From: Brevibacterium luteolum
GTDB taxonomy: Bacteria > Actinomycetota > Actinomycetes > Actinomycetales > Brevibacteriaceae
Direction of reading: 5' to 3'
Assembly (NCBI RefSeq): GCF_013004595.1
Contig: NZ_JABEMC010000003.1
Coordinates: 1 to 64,000, forward strand
DNA: 64,000 nt
A program made the position numbers and the translations under genes. Shown here piece by piece: positions 9,382 to 20,640 of this stretch (position 1 is the stretch's first letter; each line of letters opens with the position of its first letter). The notes beneath the pieces are model-generated. The model had not been told where the DNA came from. It worked only from the letters and a program-made list of their open reading frames with translations, and did not search any database.

Positions 9382-10533
9382 TCAGCCGGTGAATGTGTAC
9401 CCGCTGGGTTCCTCACCCAGGTCGATGATCGCAGCGACCGGCCCGCCGCCGTCAGGACCCTGATGGGCGGCTGATACCGAGACGAACACGGCCGGATCAC
9501 CAGTCACCGCGGAGGTGACGCCGCCGACGGCGGCCTTGATCTGCCGGTGCCAGTGGACATCGGAGTCGTCGAGCATCGCATTGCGGCGGCCGAGCACCGA
9601 GCCGTCCTGGCTGGCCTCGCACTTGAGGAACACATTGACGAGACGGCCGCCGAGGTCGTCGCGGTGCGGCCGATCCGGCAGGTCGAGGCCGGCATCGGTG
9701 ATCGCATCCCAGATTCCGTCGGCATCGAGAGCATGATCCATCACCCCGTGGCCGATCCGGAACCGGCCGCCGATGCCGGGCGCATTGCCGACGACGACCA
9801 CCTGCGCGCGGTCGAGCTCCACACCGGAGGAGCACGAGGCGACGGCGGAGTACTTCCTGCGGTCGCGCATGACATCGTCATCGGTGATGTCGGTGGCCTC
9901 GCCGAGCGCCTGGGCGATGCCGAGGGCGGTGGTGCCGTTGGAGACGTCCATCGACGTCAGCGTGTCCTCGGTGAAGACGTCGTGACCGCGGGAGCGGGCA
10001 TCGCGGATCGTGTCGATTGTCAGCAGCGGGGTCTTCGTCTGCACATAGTGGACATCGGATGTGTCGGTGATGCCGGCGCGCTCCATCGCCGCGGTGACGG
10101 CATCGGCGACCTTGTCGATCATGCCGGTGCGGCCGATCTCCTCCGGCAGGATCGGCTCGCTCATCGCGAAGCCGACCGACAGCCGCTTGTCATCGACACC
10201 GGCGGCAGCGCCGTGGCTCGGGGTGTCGGTCGCGTCGGTGGTGGCGAAGATCGTGGCATGGGGGCTGATGACGCCATCGGTGCCGCCGGACCAGACGATC
10301 GGGATCTCCTTGACCTGCTCGGGCGGAGCGCCCTTCTCGATGAGCGCCTCACGGAAGGCGCGGTCGGCGATGATGCGGGTGTAGTCGTTGACCCCGCCAT
10401 TGCCCTCGGTCTTGCCGATGATCGCGATGACGCGCGAGGCGTCGAGGACACCGGCGTCGATGAGCTTCGTCATCTCCGAGGCGTCGGAGACGCTGTGCAG
10501 GGGGACTTTCCGGACTTCGATCGGCTGTGGCAT
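9382..10533 (-). CDS. bar: Barbiturase (AtzD/barbiturase ring-opening amidohydrolase family)
   Basis: Starts [63 protein letters not shown]-terminal [13 protein letters not shown] is the barbiturase type rather than the GxEHQGP of cyanuric acid hydrolases. Confidence 0.88.
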   Translation of the reverse strand: MPQPIEVRKVPLHSVSDASEMTKLIDAGVLDASRVIAIIGKTEGNGGVNDYTRIIADRAFREALIEKGAPPEQVKEIPIVWSGGTDGVISPHATIFATTDATDTPSHGAAAGVDDKRLSVGFAMSEPILPEEIGRTGMIDKVADAVTAAMERAGITDTSDVHYVQTKTPLLTIDTIRDARSRGHDVFTEDTLTSMDVSNGTTALGIAQALGEATDITDDDVMRDRRKYSAVASCSSGVELDRAQVVVVGNAPGIGGRFRIGHGVMDHALDADGIWDAITDAGLDLPDRPHRDDLGGRLVNVFLKCEASQDGSVLGRRNAMLDDSDVHWHRQIKAAVGGVTSAVTGDPAVFVSVSAAHQGPDGGGPVAAIIDLGEEPSGYTFTG

Positions 10534-10730
10534 AAGGCTGCTCCCAACAGAGTGTCGTTCCCACCCGGCGGGTGATGCCGAGAGGCTGTCATCGACTGCG
10601 CACCGGCGCGCGGCGCCGTCACCGCAGTCCCTGAGTGCCACTCACTGTACTGAGCGAACTGTGGGGCAGAACACGTCAGATTGCGCCAAGCGGAACCGCA
10701 CCCATTCGGCAGAAAGTGCTGTGTCAGCCC

Positions 10731-10762
10731 TGTGTCACATGCGCCTAGCGTGATGTGACACA
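10731..10762. promoter_or_regulatory. Operator-like inverted repeat in the divergent bar/permease promoter region
   Basis: TGTGTCACAT-N12-ATGTGACACA, perfect 10-bp arms. Confidence 0.6.
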
Positions 10763-10815
10763 CGACACGCCACGACGGCAGGCGGACTCGTCAGCCGCCG
10801 CGCCCAAGGAGAGCT

Positions 10816-12204
10816 ATGCCCGCTGCTGAGCCAGAGATCACCCCGCGCTACCAGATCAACGAGATGCCGCCGCTGGGCGAGGCGGTGCTGCTGGGCATCC
10901 AGCATGTGCTCGTCATGATGGCGAGCAATGTCACCATTCCCGTCATCCTCGCCACTGCGATCGGCGCCACCACCGGTGAGACCGCCTTCCTCGTCCAGGT
11001 CGCGTTGCTCGTCGCCGGGCTCACCACGCTGCTACAGACGATCGGCATCGGGCCGATCGGCTCTCGGCTGCCGATCGTACAGGGCACGAGCTTCGGCTTC
11101 CTCGTCGTCGCCATCCCGCTGGCGCAGAGCTACGGGATCGCCGCCGTGTTCGGTGGTGCGATCTTCGCCGGTGTCGTGCAGGTGATCCTCGGGATGAGCC
11201 TGCGCTGGCTTAAGGCCCTGTTCCCGCCGCTCGTCAGCGGCATCGTCGTCCTCGTCATCGGCATCGGCCTGCTGCCGACCGGCATGGCGCTCTACGCCGG
11301 CGGCAGCGGCTCACCGACATTCGGTTCGTGGACAGACCTCGGCCTGGCTAGCCTGGTGCTCGTCGTGATGCTGCTGTTCTACCGCTTCGGCCGGGGCATC
11401 ATCGGGGCGGCCTCAGTGCTCCTCGCCCTCATCGTCGGCTACCTGGCAGCGATCCCGGCCGGTCGGGTCGACTTCAGCGATGTCGCCGAGGCCGCATGGT
11501 TCGCCTTCCCCGCACCGCTGAAGTTCGGTCTGGACTTCCCCGCCGCTGCCCTCATCGGCATGGGTGCGATGGCGATCGCCACCTCCGTGGAGACGATCGG
11601 GGACCTGTCGGCGATCACCAAGAGCGGTGCTGGACGAGACGTGACCGACAAGGAGCTCTCCGGCGGCGTGATGGCCGACGGCGTAGCGACCGCGTTCGCC
11701 TCACTGTTCTCCGCCCTGCCCAACACCTCGTTCGGCCAGAACGTCGGGCTCGTCGCCTTCACCGGCGTCATGAGCCGGCACGTCGTCTCGATCGGCGCCG
11801 GGTTCCTCATCCTGCTCGGACTGCTGCCGAAGTTCGCCGCCGTCATCGCCGTCATGCCCTCGGCTGTCATCGGAGGAGCGGCGGTCGTGATGTTCGGAAT
11901 GCTCATCGGTGCTGGCATCAAACTGCTGGCCGAGACTGCCCTCGACCGCCACGACATGCTCGTCATCGCCGTGTCGATCGGCGTCGGGCAGGGCTTCGCT
12001 GCCGTACCTGATTCGGTGGCGCTGTTCCCCAACACCATCGCCGTGCTGCTGACCTCCGGCATCGTGCCGGCGGCCGCGCTGGCCGTCATCATGAACCTCA
12101 CGCGCCCCAAGCCGGCCCGCGGCGGTCACCTCGACATCGATGTGCCGATGAGCGAGAAGTCCGATCCGCTCGGCGACGACGGCACACACGCGCCGCCGCG
12201 CTGA
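10816..12204 (+). CDS. NCS2-family nucleobase (uracil/xanthine-type) permease
   Basis: QH motif GIQHVLVM; RLPIVQGTSFGF; ETIGD; signature SFGQNVGLVAFTGVMSR; AAGGAG RBS. Confidence 0.93.
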   Translation: MPAAEPEITPRYQINEMPPLGEAVLLGIQHVLVMMASNVTIPVILATAIGATTGETAFLVQVALLVAGLTTLLQTIGIGPIGSRLPIVQGTSFGFLVVAIPLAQSYGIAAVFGGAIFAGVVQVILGMSLRWLKALFPPLVSGIVVLVIGIGLLPTGMALYAGGSGSPTFGSWTDLGLASLVLVVMLLFYRFGRGIIGAASVLLALIVGYLAAIPAGRVDFSDVAEAAWFAFPAPLKFGLDFPAAALIGMGAMAIATSVETIGDLSAITKSGAGRDVTDKELSGGVMADGVATAFASLFSALPNTSFGQNVGLVAFTGVMSRHVVSIGAGFLILLGLLPKFAAVIAVMPSAVIGGAAVVMFGMLIGAGIKLLAETALDRHDMLVIAVSIGVGQGFAAVPDSVALFPNTIAVLLTSGIVPAAALAVIMNLTRPKPARGGHLDIDVPMSEKSDPLGDDGTHAPPR

Positions 12205-12223
12205 GCCTGCAGACGGCCGGTGC

Positions 12224-13363
12224 TCATTCGGCCTGGAGGGCGAACCAGTGCCGGTGATGCTCCCGGGCGCCGAGACCGCGCATGAGCGTGATCGCTGCTT
12301 CATTGGAAGCCGGCACATCGGCCAGCAGCGAGCGGATGCCCTGCTGGCCGGCTGCCGCGGCCGCGGCCTGCACGAGTGCGCGTCCGACTCCGCGGCGGCG
12401 CGCGCTGGGGTGGACGATGAGATGGGAGATCACCGCCCAGCGGTGGGTGAGCGCGACGCGGATCGTGCCGATGAGCTGCGGCCGGCTGGCCTGCGGCTGC
12501 CCGCCGGGCTGGGCGGAACCAGCCGTCCCGGACTGGGCGGTGCCGGGCAGCGGACCGGTGATCGCTGAGAGGATGAACATCTGCTCAGCTGAGGTCATGA
12601 GCGCGGCGAAGGCCGAATGGCTCTCGCTGCCCTCCGGGTGCCCCCAGGCCTCATATTGCAGTCCGTGCGGGGCATCCGAGCGCACGATCGACAGCCCAGC
12701 CGGGGCCGCGGCGGCGGGATCGGCGAGCCCAGCGGCCGCCTCGGCGGTGGCGGCGGTGAGCGCCAGCTGCGGTTCGGAGGGCACGAAGCCGGCATCGCGG
12801 AACAGCCCGGCGGCCTCCCGGCAGGCGGCGGCGAGCTCTGAGGAGTCGGCATCGGAGTAGATCTGCACAGCAGCAGGCAGCCCGTGCTGGCCGTACCACT
12901 GGGAGACCATCTCGAGCGCCTCAGCCGTCTCGACACCGGGCGGGTCGAGGGGCAGGGCGGAGTTCGCCGCCTCCTTCCCAGCCCCGCCGGCAGCCCGCAG
13001 CAGCCAGCCGGACTGGACGAACGCCTCGGGCCCGGCCGCGTCATCGCCGGTGGCTTGCGCGGCATCGCGGTGCAGATTGTCCCGGTTCAGCCACGTCACC
13101 TCCGGCGGCAGCCACGCATGGGCGGCGACCCGGCGGACATCGGCCGCCGAGACCACCTCGTGCAGCCTCCCAGCCCGCTGCGGGGCCGGGGGCACCTCAT
13201 GGGCGAGGATGATGTCCTCCCGAGGCACGCGGACCGGGCCGCGCTTCGTCTCGACCGTCACGGAGTTCCCGTCGACGGCGCTGACCTGGCCGAGCGCATC
13301 GGTGGCGCTGGAGCCCTCGCGGAACCGCAGGACGACGCGCATGCCGGGACGGGGTTCGAACAT
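12224..13363 (-). CDS. GNAT-family N-acetyltransferase
   Basis: VHPSARRRGVGRALV acetyl-CoA motif; NEAAITL; GWLLRA..ANSALPL; divergent from fdxA. Confidence 0.8.
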   Translation of the reverse strand: MFEPRPGMRVVLRFREGSSATDALGQVSAVDGNSVTVETKRGPVRVPREDIILAHEVPPAPQRAGRLHEVVSAADVRRVAAHAWLPPEVTWLNRDNLHRDAAQATGDDAAGPEAFVQSGWLLRAAGGAGKEAANSALPLDPPGVETAEALEMVSQWYGQHGLPAAVQIYSDADSSELAAACREAAGLFRDAGFVPSEPQLALTAATAEAAAGLADPAAAAPAGLSIVRSDAPHGLQYEAWGHPEGSESHSAFAALMTSAEQMFILSAITGPLPGTAQSGTAGSAQPGGQPQASRPQLIGTIRVALTHRWAVISHLIVHPSARRRGVGRALVQAAAAAAGQQGIRSLLADVPASNEAAITLMRGLGAREHHRHWFALQAE

Positions 13364-13463
13364 GTGTGACCTTTTCGACGGTGGTGTGCCAACGCTCCCA
13401 GCCTATAAGGGAGTAGTCTGGTGAGAGGACTTTTCGCATGGAAGCTGACTGAGGAGACTGACA

Positions 13464-13790
13464 GTGACGTATGTCATCGCACAACCGTGCGTCGATCTCA
13501 AGGATAAGGCGTGCATCGACGAATGCCCCGTCGACTGCATCTACGAAGGCGAACGGTCGCTCTACATCCACCCCGACGAATGCGTCGACTGCGGCGCCTG
13601 CGAACCCGTCTGTCCGGTCGAGGCGATCTACTACGAGGACGACGTCCCCGAGGAATGGGCCGACTACTACACCGCCAATGTCGAGTTCTTCGACGAGATC
13701 GGCTCACCCGGCGGTGCCGCCAAGCTCGGCAACACCGGTCTCGACCACCCGATCATCAAGGCGCTGCCGCCGCAGAACCACGACGAGTGA
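13464..13790 (+). CDS. fdxA: 7Fe ferredoxin
   Basis: [29 protein letters not shown]...[12 protein letters not shown]. Confidence 0.97.
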   Translation: MTYVIAQPCVDLKDKACIDECPVDCIYEGERSLYIHPDECVDCGACEPVCPVEAIYYEDDVPEEWADYYTANVEFFDEIGSPGGAAKLGNTGLDHPIIKALPPQNHDE

Positions 13791-13796
13791 GAACCC

Positions 13797-14930
13797 ATGT
13801 ACGGACTCCAGCTGCCCGACTACCCATGGGACACCCTGACTCCGTACCGACAGCGCGCTGCCGCACATCCTGATGGCGTCTGCGACCTGTCGATCGGCAC
13901 GCCGGTCGACCCTACCCCCGAGGTGATCCGCCAGGCGCTGCGCGAGGCCGCCGACGCCCACGGGTACCCGACGACCGCCGGAACCGACGCGCTGCGCGAG
14001 GCGATCGCCTGGTGGTCTGCCCAGTGGCGCGGCGTGACCGTTGATCCCGCCTCAGAGGTGCTGCCGACGGTCGGGTCGAAGGAGCTCGTCGCCTGGCTGC
14101 CGACGCTGCTCGGGTTGTCGGCTCAGGGGGCGTCCGGTCTAGAGCAGCCTGTGTCTGTCGCCTGCCCGGCGCAGGCCTACCCGACCTATGAGATGGGTGC
14201 CCGGCTGGCCGGCGTCGACTGCGTCCGTCTCGATGCCGCTGACATCCTCGCCGGTGCCTCTTTGGAGGGGATTGGGCTGTTGTGGCTCAACTCGCCGGGC
14301 AACCCGACCGGCGAGGTCCTCGACACCGACACCCTTGCCGCCGTCGTCACCCGCGCCCGCGAGGCCGGGGTCATCGTCGCCAGCGACGAATGCTACGCCC
14401 TGCTCAACTGGGCCGCCGACACCGCGGCGCCCTCGATCCTCGACCCGGCCGTCACCGGAGGAGAGCACACCGGGCTGCTGGCGGTGTACTCGATGTCGAA
14501 GCAGTCGAACCTCGCCGGCTACCGAGCGGCATTCGTCACCGGCGATGCGACGCTCATCGGCAACCTCACCAACGCCCGCAAGCATGCCGGGATGATCATG
14601 CCTGCCCCCATCCAGGCGGCGATGATCGCGGGCCTGCGCGACACTGCCCACGTGCAGGAGCAGAAGGCCCGCTACGCCGCCCGGCGCGCGGAGCTGCTGC
14701 CGGCAGCCGAGGCGTTCGGGCTGCGCATCGACCATTCGACAGCAGGGCTCTACCTGTGGGCCAGCCGCGACGAGGACTGCTGGGAGACCATCGCAGCGCT
14801 CGCTGACCTGGGCATCATCGCCGGGCCTGGCGCCTTCTACGGCGCTGCCGCCGGCCAGCACGTGCGCCTGGCGCTGACAGCGCCCGATGAGCGGATCGCG
14901 GCAGCCGCCGCACGCCTGCGGGAGGCCTGA
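13797..14930 (+). CDS. dapC: Succinyldiaminopimelate transaminase
   Basis: LPDYPWD, DLSIGTPVDPTP, NSPGNPTG, SDECY, PLP lysine in SMSKQSNLAGYR; follows fdxA. Confidence 0.92.
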   Translation: MYGLQLPDYPWDTLTPYRQRAAAHPDGVCDLSIGTPVDPTPEVIRQALREAADAHGYPTTAGTDALREAIAWWSAQWRGVTVDPASEVLPTVGSKELVAWLPTLLGLSAQGASGLEQPVSVACPAQAYPTYEMGARLAGVDCVRLDAADILAGASLEGIGLLWLNSPGNPTGEVLDTDTLAAVVTRAREAGVIVASDECYALLNWAADTAAPSILDPAVTGGEHTGLLAVYSMSKQSNLAGYRAAFVTGDATLIGNLTNARKHAGMIMPAPIQAAMIAGLRDTAHVQEQKARYAARRAELLPAAEAFGLRIDHSTAGLYLWASRDEDCWETIAALADLGIIAGPGAFYGAAAGQHVRLALTAPDERIAAAAARLREA

Positions 14931-15148
14931 GATCGAGGTGGCCACCGCCTCGGGAAAGGCCGAACACACCCGCCTGCCGCACGGTGGCGCGGGGCAGGGT
15001 ACCAAGCCCAGGTGACAGGCCACCCCGATTTACCCTTGGCCTACCAAAGCCGGTAGTCTCTGATGTGACTGTGAAACAACACTCAGGTCGCTGTGAGCAC
15101 TCCACGCTCGAATCCCCGGCCGGAGATCAGACATTTCGAGGAGTACAT

Positions 15149-16435
<1,287 letters not shown>

Positions 16436-16463
16436 CACACGGTGCGTTGACAGCAGACACGCG

Positions 16464-16495
16464 AAAGGGGACAGACCAGCTGGTCTGTCCCCTTT
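16464..16495. terminator. Bidirectional terminator between gltA and dapD
   Basis: Perfect palindrome AAAGGGGACAGACCAG/CTGGTCTGTCCCCTTT. Confidence 0.8.
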
Positions 16496-16510
16496 GCTGT
16501 GCCTGGCAGA

Positions 16511-17455
16511 TCAGTGCAGGTCGGGGTTGAGTTCGATGCCCTGCGCGGTGCGGGAGCGGGCCTCGACGGCACCGGTCTCGGAATTGCGGCGCAGCAGCAC
16601 ATTGTCGCTGCCCGACAGCTCAGCGGCCTTGACGACCTTGCCGTCCTCTTCAGGCATGACGACGCGGGTGCCGGCAGTGACGTAGAGGCCAGCCTCGACG
16701 ATGCAGTTGTCGCCGAGTGAGATGCCGACGCCGGCATTGGCGCCGAGCAGCGTGCCCTCACCGATCTCGATGCGATGTGCGCCGCCGCCGGAGAGGGTGC
16801 CCATGATCGAGGCTCCGCCGCCGATGTCGGTTCCATTGCCGATGACGACGCCCTGGGAGATGCGCCCTTCGACCATTGCCTGACCGAGGGTGCCGGCGTT
16901 GAAGTTGACGAAGCCCTCGTGCATGACGACGGTGCCAGGCGACAGGTAGGCGCCCATCCGCACTCGGTCGGCATCAGCGATGCGCACACCCTCGGGGACG
17001 ACGAAATCGGTCATGCGCGGGAACTTGTCGACGCCGTAGACCGAGAGCTGGCCGCGGGCCTTGAGCTTGGCGCGGGTGATCTCGAAGTCCTCGACCGCGC
17101 ATGGGCCTTCAGAGGTCCACACGACGTTATTCAGCTGGCCGAACAGGCCGTCGAGGTTGAGGTCGTTGGGCTTGACGAGGCGGTGGGACAGGGCGTGCAG
17201 GCGCAGGTAACCATCGGCGGCACCGTCGGGTGCGGCATCGAGGTCGATGGTGACCGAGACGAGCTCACCGCGGGTGCCGCGGGCCTCATCGGCGACCGCG
17301 AGCGGGGCGAGGACGTCATCGTCGACGGCGTCGGCGGCGAGCTTGGCTGCCGAGGCCTCATCACCGGTCAGGACGGGGGCGGGGTACCATACGCACAGGA
17401 TCGTGTCGCCGTGGTAGGTGGCGACACCCTTGGCTGAGACAAAACGTTGAGTCAT
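16511..17455 (-). CDS. dapD: Tetrahydrodipicolinate N-succinyltransferase (actinobacterial type)
   Basis: YLRLHALSHRLVKP, VDKFPRMTDFVVP, VMHEGFVNFNAGTLG, MVEGRISQGV; TAGGCT -10 six nt before ATG (leaderless). Confidence 0.95.
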   Translation of the reverse strand: MTQRFVSAKGVATYHGDTILCVWYPAPVLTGDEASAAKLAADAVDDDVLAPLAVADEARGTRGELVSVTIDLDAAPDGAADGYLRLHALSHRLVKPNDLNLDGLFGQLNNVVWTSEGPCAVEDFEITRAKLKARGQLSVYGVDKFPRMTDFVVPEGVRIADADRVRMGAYLSPGTVVMHEGFVNFNAGTLGQAMVEGRISQGVVIGNGTDIGGGASIMGTLSGGGAHRIEIGEGTLLGANAGVGISLGDNCIVEAGLYVTAGTRVVMPEEDGKVVKAAELSGSDNVLLRRNSETGAVEARSRTAQGIELNPDLH

Positions 17456-17536
17456 GGCACCAGCCTATCGGTCAGTGTGCTGGGGAGACACTAGGCTGGA
17501 CGTGATCTGTGCCCGTCGAACGCCAGGAGTCTGCCG

Positions 17537-18268
17537 ATGTTCACCTCAGGAATCTACAACCGCGGGCCGCTGCGGCTGCGCCGCTCCCAGGTACCGGAGA
17601 AGACCGCCGACGAACAGCTGCTCGAAAGCCCAGACGAGGCCGCCTGGCAGCACGAGGATCCGTGGCGGGTGCTGCGTATCCAGTCGGAGTTCGTTGAGGG
17701 GTTCGGCGCGATGGCCGGACTCGGGCCGTGCTTCTCGGTCTTCGGTTCGGCGCGCACCGCTGAGACCTCACCGGACTACGCGACTGCCCGGGACCTCGGC
17801 CGCCTGATCGCCGAGGCCGGGTACGGCGTCATGACCGGGGGAGGGCCGGGCATCATGGAGGCGGCCAACCGCGGGGCGCATGACGCCGGGGGACTGTCGG
17901 TGGGTCTGGGCATCGAGCTGCCCTTCGAACAGGGCATGAACGACTATGTGGACCTGGGTGTGAACTTCCGGTACTTCTTCGTGCGCAAGACGATGTTCCT
18001 CAAATACTCGCAGGGCTACGTCGTGCTGCCCGGCGGATTCGGCACCTTCGATGAGCTCTTCGAAGCGCTGACGCTGGCGCAGACGCACAAAGTGCGCAAG
18101 TTCCCGATCGTGCTCATGGGCACCGGCTATTGGGGCGGGCTCGTCGACTGGCTGAAGTCCAAGCCGGTCGAATACGGCACCATCAGCCTCGACGACCCCG
18201 ACCGGCTCAGCCTCACCGACGACCCGGCCGAGGCCGTCTCGATCCTCACCTCCGTCTCCGAGGCCTGA
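17537..18268 (+). CDS. LOG-family (TIGR00730-like) nucleotide phosphoribohydrolase
   Basis: SVFGSAR, TGGGPGIMEAANRGA, FRYFFVRKTMF, PGGFGTFDE. Confidence 0.92.
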   Translation: MFTSGIYNRGPLRLRRSQVPEKTADEQLLESPDEAAWQHEDPWRVLRIQSEFVEGFGAMAGLGPCFSVFGSARTAETSPDYATARDLGRLIAEAGYGVMTGGGPGIMEAANRGAHDAGGLSVGLGIELPFEQGMNDYVDLGVNFRYFFVRKTMFLKYSQGYVVLPGGFGTFDELFEALTLAQTHKVRKFPIVLMGTGYWGGLVDWLKSKPVEYGTISLDDPDRLSLTDDPAEAVSILTSVSEA

Positions 18269-18333
18269 CCGAGCGTTCCAGCATGCCCGTCACGGTGCGC
18301 CGGTGGCCGACAGGGCTGTGAGACGATACCGCT

Positions 18334-18744
18334 ATGTCGATCTACATCATCCTCGGTGTGTGCGCTGTCGTGTTCTTCGCTGTCGTCGCCATCTTCGGCG
18401 CCACCGGCGGCTTCAACAGCGCCATGGGAGGCGATCAGGCTCAGGAGCCCCCGCGCGGACTGGGCGAGGAATGGTCGGCAGACGACATCAGCACCGTGCG
18501 CTTCCAGCTCGCCGCCCGCGGCTACCGCACCGACTCAGTCGACCTGGTGCTCGAGCAGATGACCCAGCGGCTGCGCGAACAGGAGGCCGAGATCACCCGC
18601 CTGCACGCCGAACGCGACCGCCCGCACCCAGGCCACCACCGCCTCGGCGACGGCTACCCGGAGACCCTGGGCAACCCCCAGCCCGGTGACAGCGAGCGGG
18701 GCATCGACGCACCGCACGGCACGCTGGGCGACCCGCAGCCCTGA
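18334..18744 (+). CDS. Small membrane-anchored DivIVA-domain protein
   Basis: N-terminal TM; DISTVRFQLAARGYRTDSVDLVL DivIVA-like motif; short coiled coil. Confidence 0.8.
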   Translation: MSIYIILGVCAVVFFAVVAIFGATGGFNSAMGGDQAQEPPRGLGEEWSADDISTVRFQLAARGYRTDSVDLVLEQMTQRLREQEAEITRLHAERDRPHPGHHRLGDGYPETLGNPQPGDSERGIDAPHGTLGDPQP

Positions 18745-19988
18745 TGGCACCGCCCACACCCGCCCCAGCATCCTCAGCCGGGCTGATCGCTGTGCAGCCG
18801 GCCACCCCGCGGATCGTCAGGCGGGCAGCGGACTGGCTGCTGGGCCTGCCGGTCTGGGCGCAGGCGCTTGTCGTCTTCCTCGTCTCGCGGATCATCGCGT
18901 TCGCGTTCCTCTCCCACGTGCTCGCTGAGCAGGGCAGCTCGCCGTGGACGAGCGGGGAGGCCACGACGCTGCGGGACTTCCTCAACTTCTGGGACGCCGG
19001 CTGGTACGAGCGCATCGCGACCGAAGGCTACCCCGAGGTGCTCCCGCGCGCAGAGACCGGAGATGTCAGCCAGAACGCGTGGGCGTTCTACCCGCTGCAC
19101 CCCTGGATCGCCCGCGACGTCTCCGTGCTCACCGGGCTGGACTACCAGTTCGTCTCACCGCTGCTGTCGAACCTGTTCGCCGCCGGGGCTGCGATCGTCA
19201 TCCTTGCGCTGTTCCGCCGCCACACCACCGCCGGGCGGGCGCTCATGGGCCTGGCGGTCGTGTTCGTCTTCCCCGCCTCCCCGATCCTGAGCACCGGATA
19301 CGCCGAGGCGCTCAACCTGCTGCTGCTCGCCTACACGCTCACGCTCGTTATCGACCGCGCCTACCTGTGGGCGATCCCGGTCGTCGTGGCGATGGACCTC
19401 TCCCGGCCGATCGGCGTGGCGTTCTCGTTCTTCATGCTCATCCACCTCATCAGCCGCTTCGCCCGCCGCGGCAGCGACCCCTACCCGGCAGGGGAGGCGA
19501 TCCGCAGCTGGACGCTCGGAGTGCTGTCCTGCGTTGCTGCGCTAATCCACCCCATCCACGCCTGGCTGCGCACCGGTGAGCCGCTGGCCTATCTTGAGAC
19601 TGAGCACGCGTGGAGCGGTGGGCACTCCCGGTTCGTCATCCAGTGGTTCGACATGTCGCGCTGGCTGGCAGGCGACATCATCGGACCTGTGCTGCTCGTG
19701 GCGCTCATCATCGGGTTCGCAGCTCTCATGGCCTCGGCTGCCGGCCGGCAGCTCGGCCGCGACCTGCAGCACTTCACTGTCGCCTATGCGGTGTACCTGT
19801 TCATCTTCTTCAATCCGCAGACCTCGACGTTCCGACTGCTGCTGCCGCTGTTCCCGCTCGCCCTGGCGATGGCGTATTCCCGTTCGTGGGCGTACCGCGG
19901 ACTGCTGCTCGTCGTGCTCATCGTCACCCAGTACCTGTGGATCAGTCAGCTGTGGCATTTCACCCCGCCATCGGACTGGCCGCCGTGA
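18744..19988 (+). CDS. Polytopic GT-C (PIG-V-like) mannosyltransferase-family membrane protein
   Basis: WDAGWYERIATEGYP, NAWAFYPLHP, GYAEAL, LSRPIG; many TM segments. Confidence 0.78.
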   Translation: MAPPTPAPASSAGLIAVQPATPRIVRRAADWLLGLPVWAQALVVFLVSRIIAFAFLSHVLAEQGSSPWTSGEATTLRDFLNFWDAGWYERIATEGYPEVLPRAETGDVSQNAWAFYPLHPWIARDVSVLTGLDYQFVSPLLSNLFAAGAAIVILALFRRHTTAGRALMGLAVVFVFPASPILSTGYAEALNLLLLAYTLTLVIDRAYLWAIPVVVAMDLSRPIGVAFSFFMLIHLISRFARRGSDPYPAGEAIRSWTLGVLSCVAALIHPIHAWLRTGEPLAYLETEHAWSGGHSRFVIQWFDMSRWLAGDIIGPVLLVALIIGFAALMASAAGRQLGRDLQHFTVAYAVYLFIFFNPQTSTFRLLLPLFPLALAMAYSRSWAYRGLLLVVLIVTQYLWISQLWHFTPPSDWPP

Positions 19989-20098
19989 TCAGTATGCAAG
20001 ACAGACGGATGCGCGCTTGACGCGCCCGTTACGTGATCCAGCTCAAATGGTGGATAATCAGAGATGCTGGAAATTTTCAACCGGAAGGACAGAGGTTC

Positions 20099-20269
20099 AT
20101 GGCAGCACAGAAACCGCGCACTGGTGACGGCCCTCTTGAAGTGACCAAAGAAGGTCGCGGCATGGTTCTGCGTCTACCTGTCGAGGGCGGCGGGCGGCTG
20201 GTCATCGAGATCAGCCCGGAGGAAGCTGCGAACCTGTACGACACCCTCGCCGAGGCGCTGGGCAAGTAA
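20099..20269 (+). CDS. DUF3117 small actinobacterial protein
   Basis: MAAQKPRTGDGPLEVTKEGRGMVLRLPVEGGGRLVIE. Confidence 0.92.
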   Translation: MAAQKPRTGDGPLEVTKEGRGMVLRLPVEGGGRLVIEISPEEAANLYDTLAEALGK

Positions 20270-20276
20270 CGCAGTG

Positions 20277-20305
20277 CCGGTTCCGGTCCGCTGACCGGGA
20301 ACCGG
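20277..20305 (+). terminator. Hairpin after the DUF3117 gene
   Basis: CCGGTTCCGGTC-cgct-GACCGGGAACCGG (one bulge). Confidence 0.55.
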
Positions 20306-20363
20306 AGAGCACCACCCTCATCTGGGCGCCGGAGGCGCATACGCGCAACCGGCGCCCATACTC

Positions 20364-20621
20364 ATGGAGGAACGCAGCGTCGAGCGGATCCTCCGGTTTG
20401 CCGCCGAAGCGGTCACCGAGATGGGTGCTCGCATTGCAGGGGAGGGGATTCAGGCCGGCACTCCTGACACCAGCTTCGGGCCGAAGTTCGTGCGCAAGCT
20501 CACGGCGCTGGCCGACGGTTCGGTCGCTGACCTCCGCACAGAGCTGATCGCCTGCGCCGATAAGCTGCGCGAGCTGCAGCGGCTCGAAAATGGGCGCGAT
20601 GCGCAGCCAGGTGAGGATTAG
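20364..20621 (+). CDS. Hypothetical protein (85 aa)
   Basis: Intact ORF filling the intergenic gap, plausible codon bias, helical composition; no family recognised. Confidence 0.55.
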   Translation: MEERSVERILRFAAEAVTEMGARIAGEGIQAGTPDTSFGPKFVRKLTALADGSVADLRTELIACADKLRELQRLENGRDAQPGED

Positions 20622-20640
20622 GCCCTGCCGGCTGGGAAGA

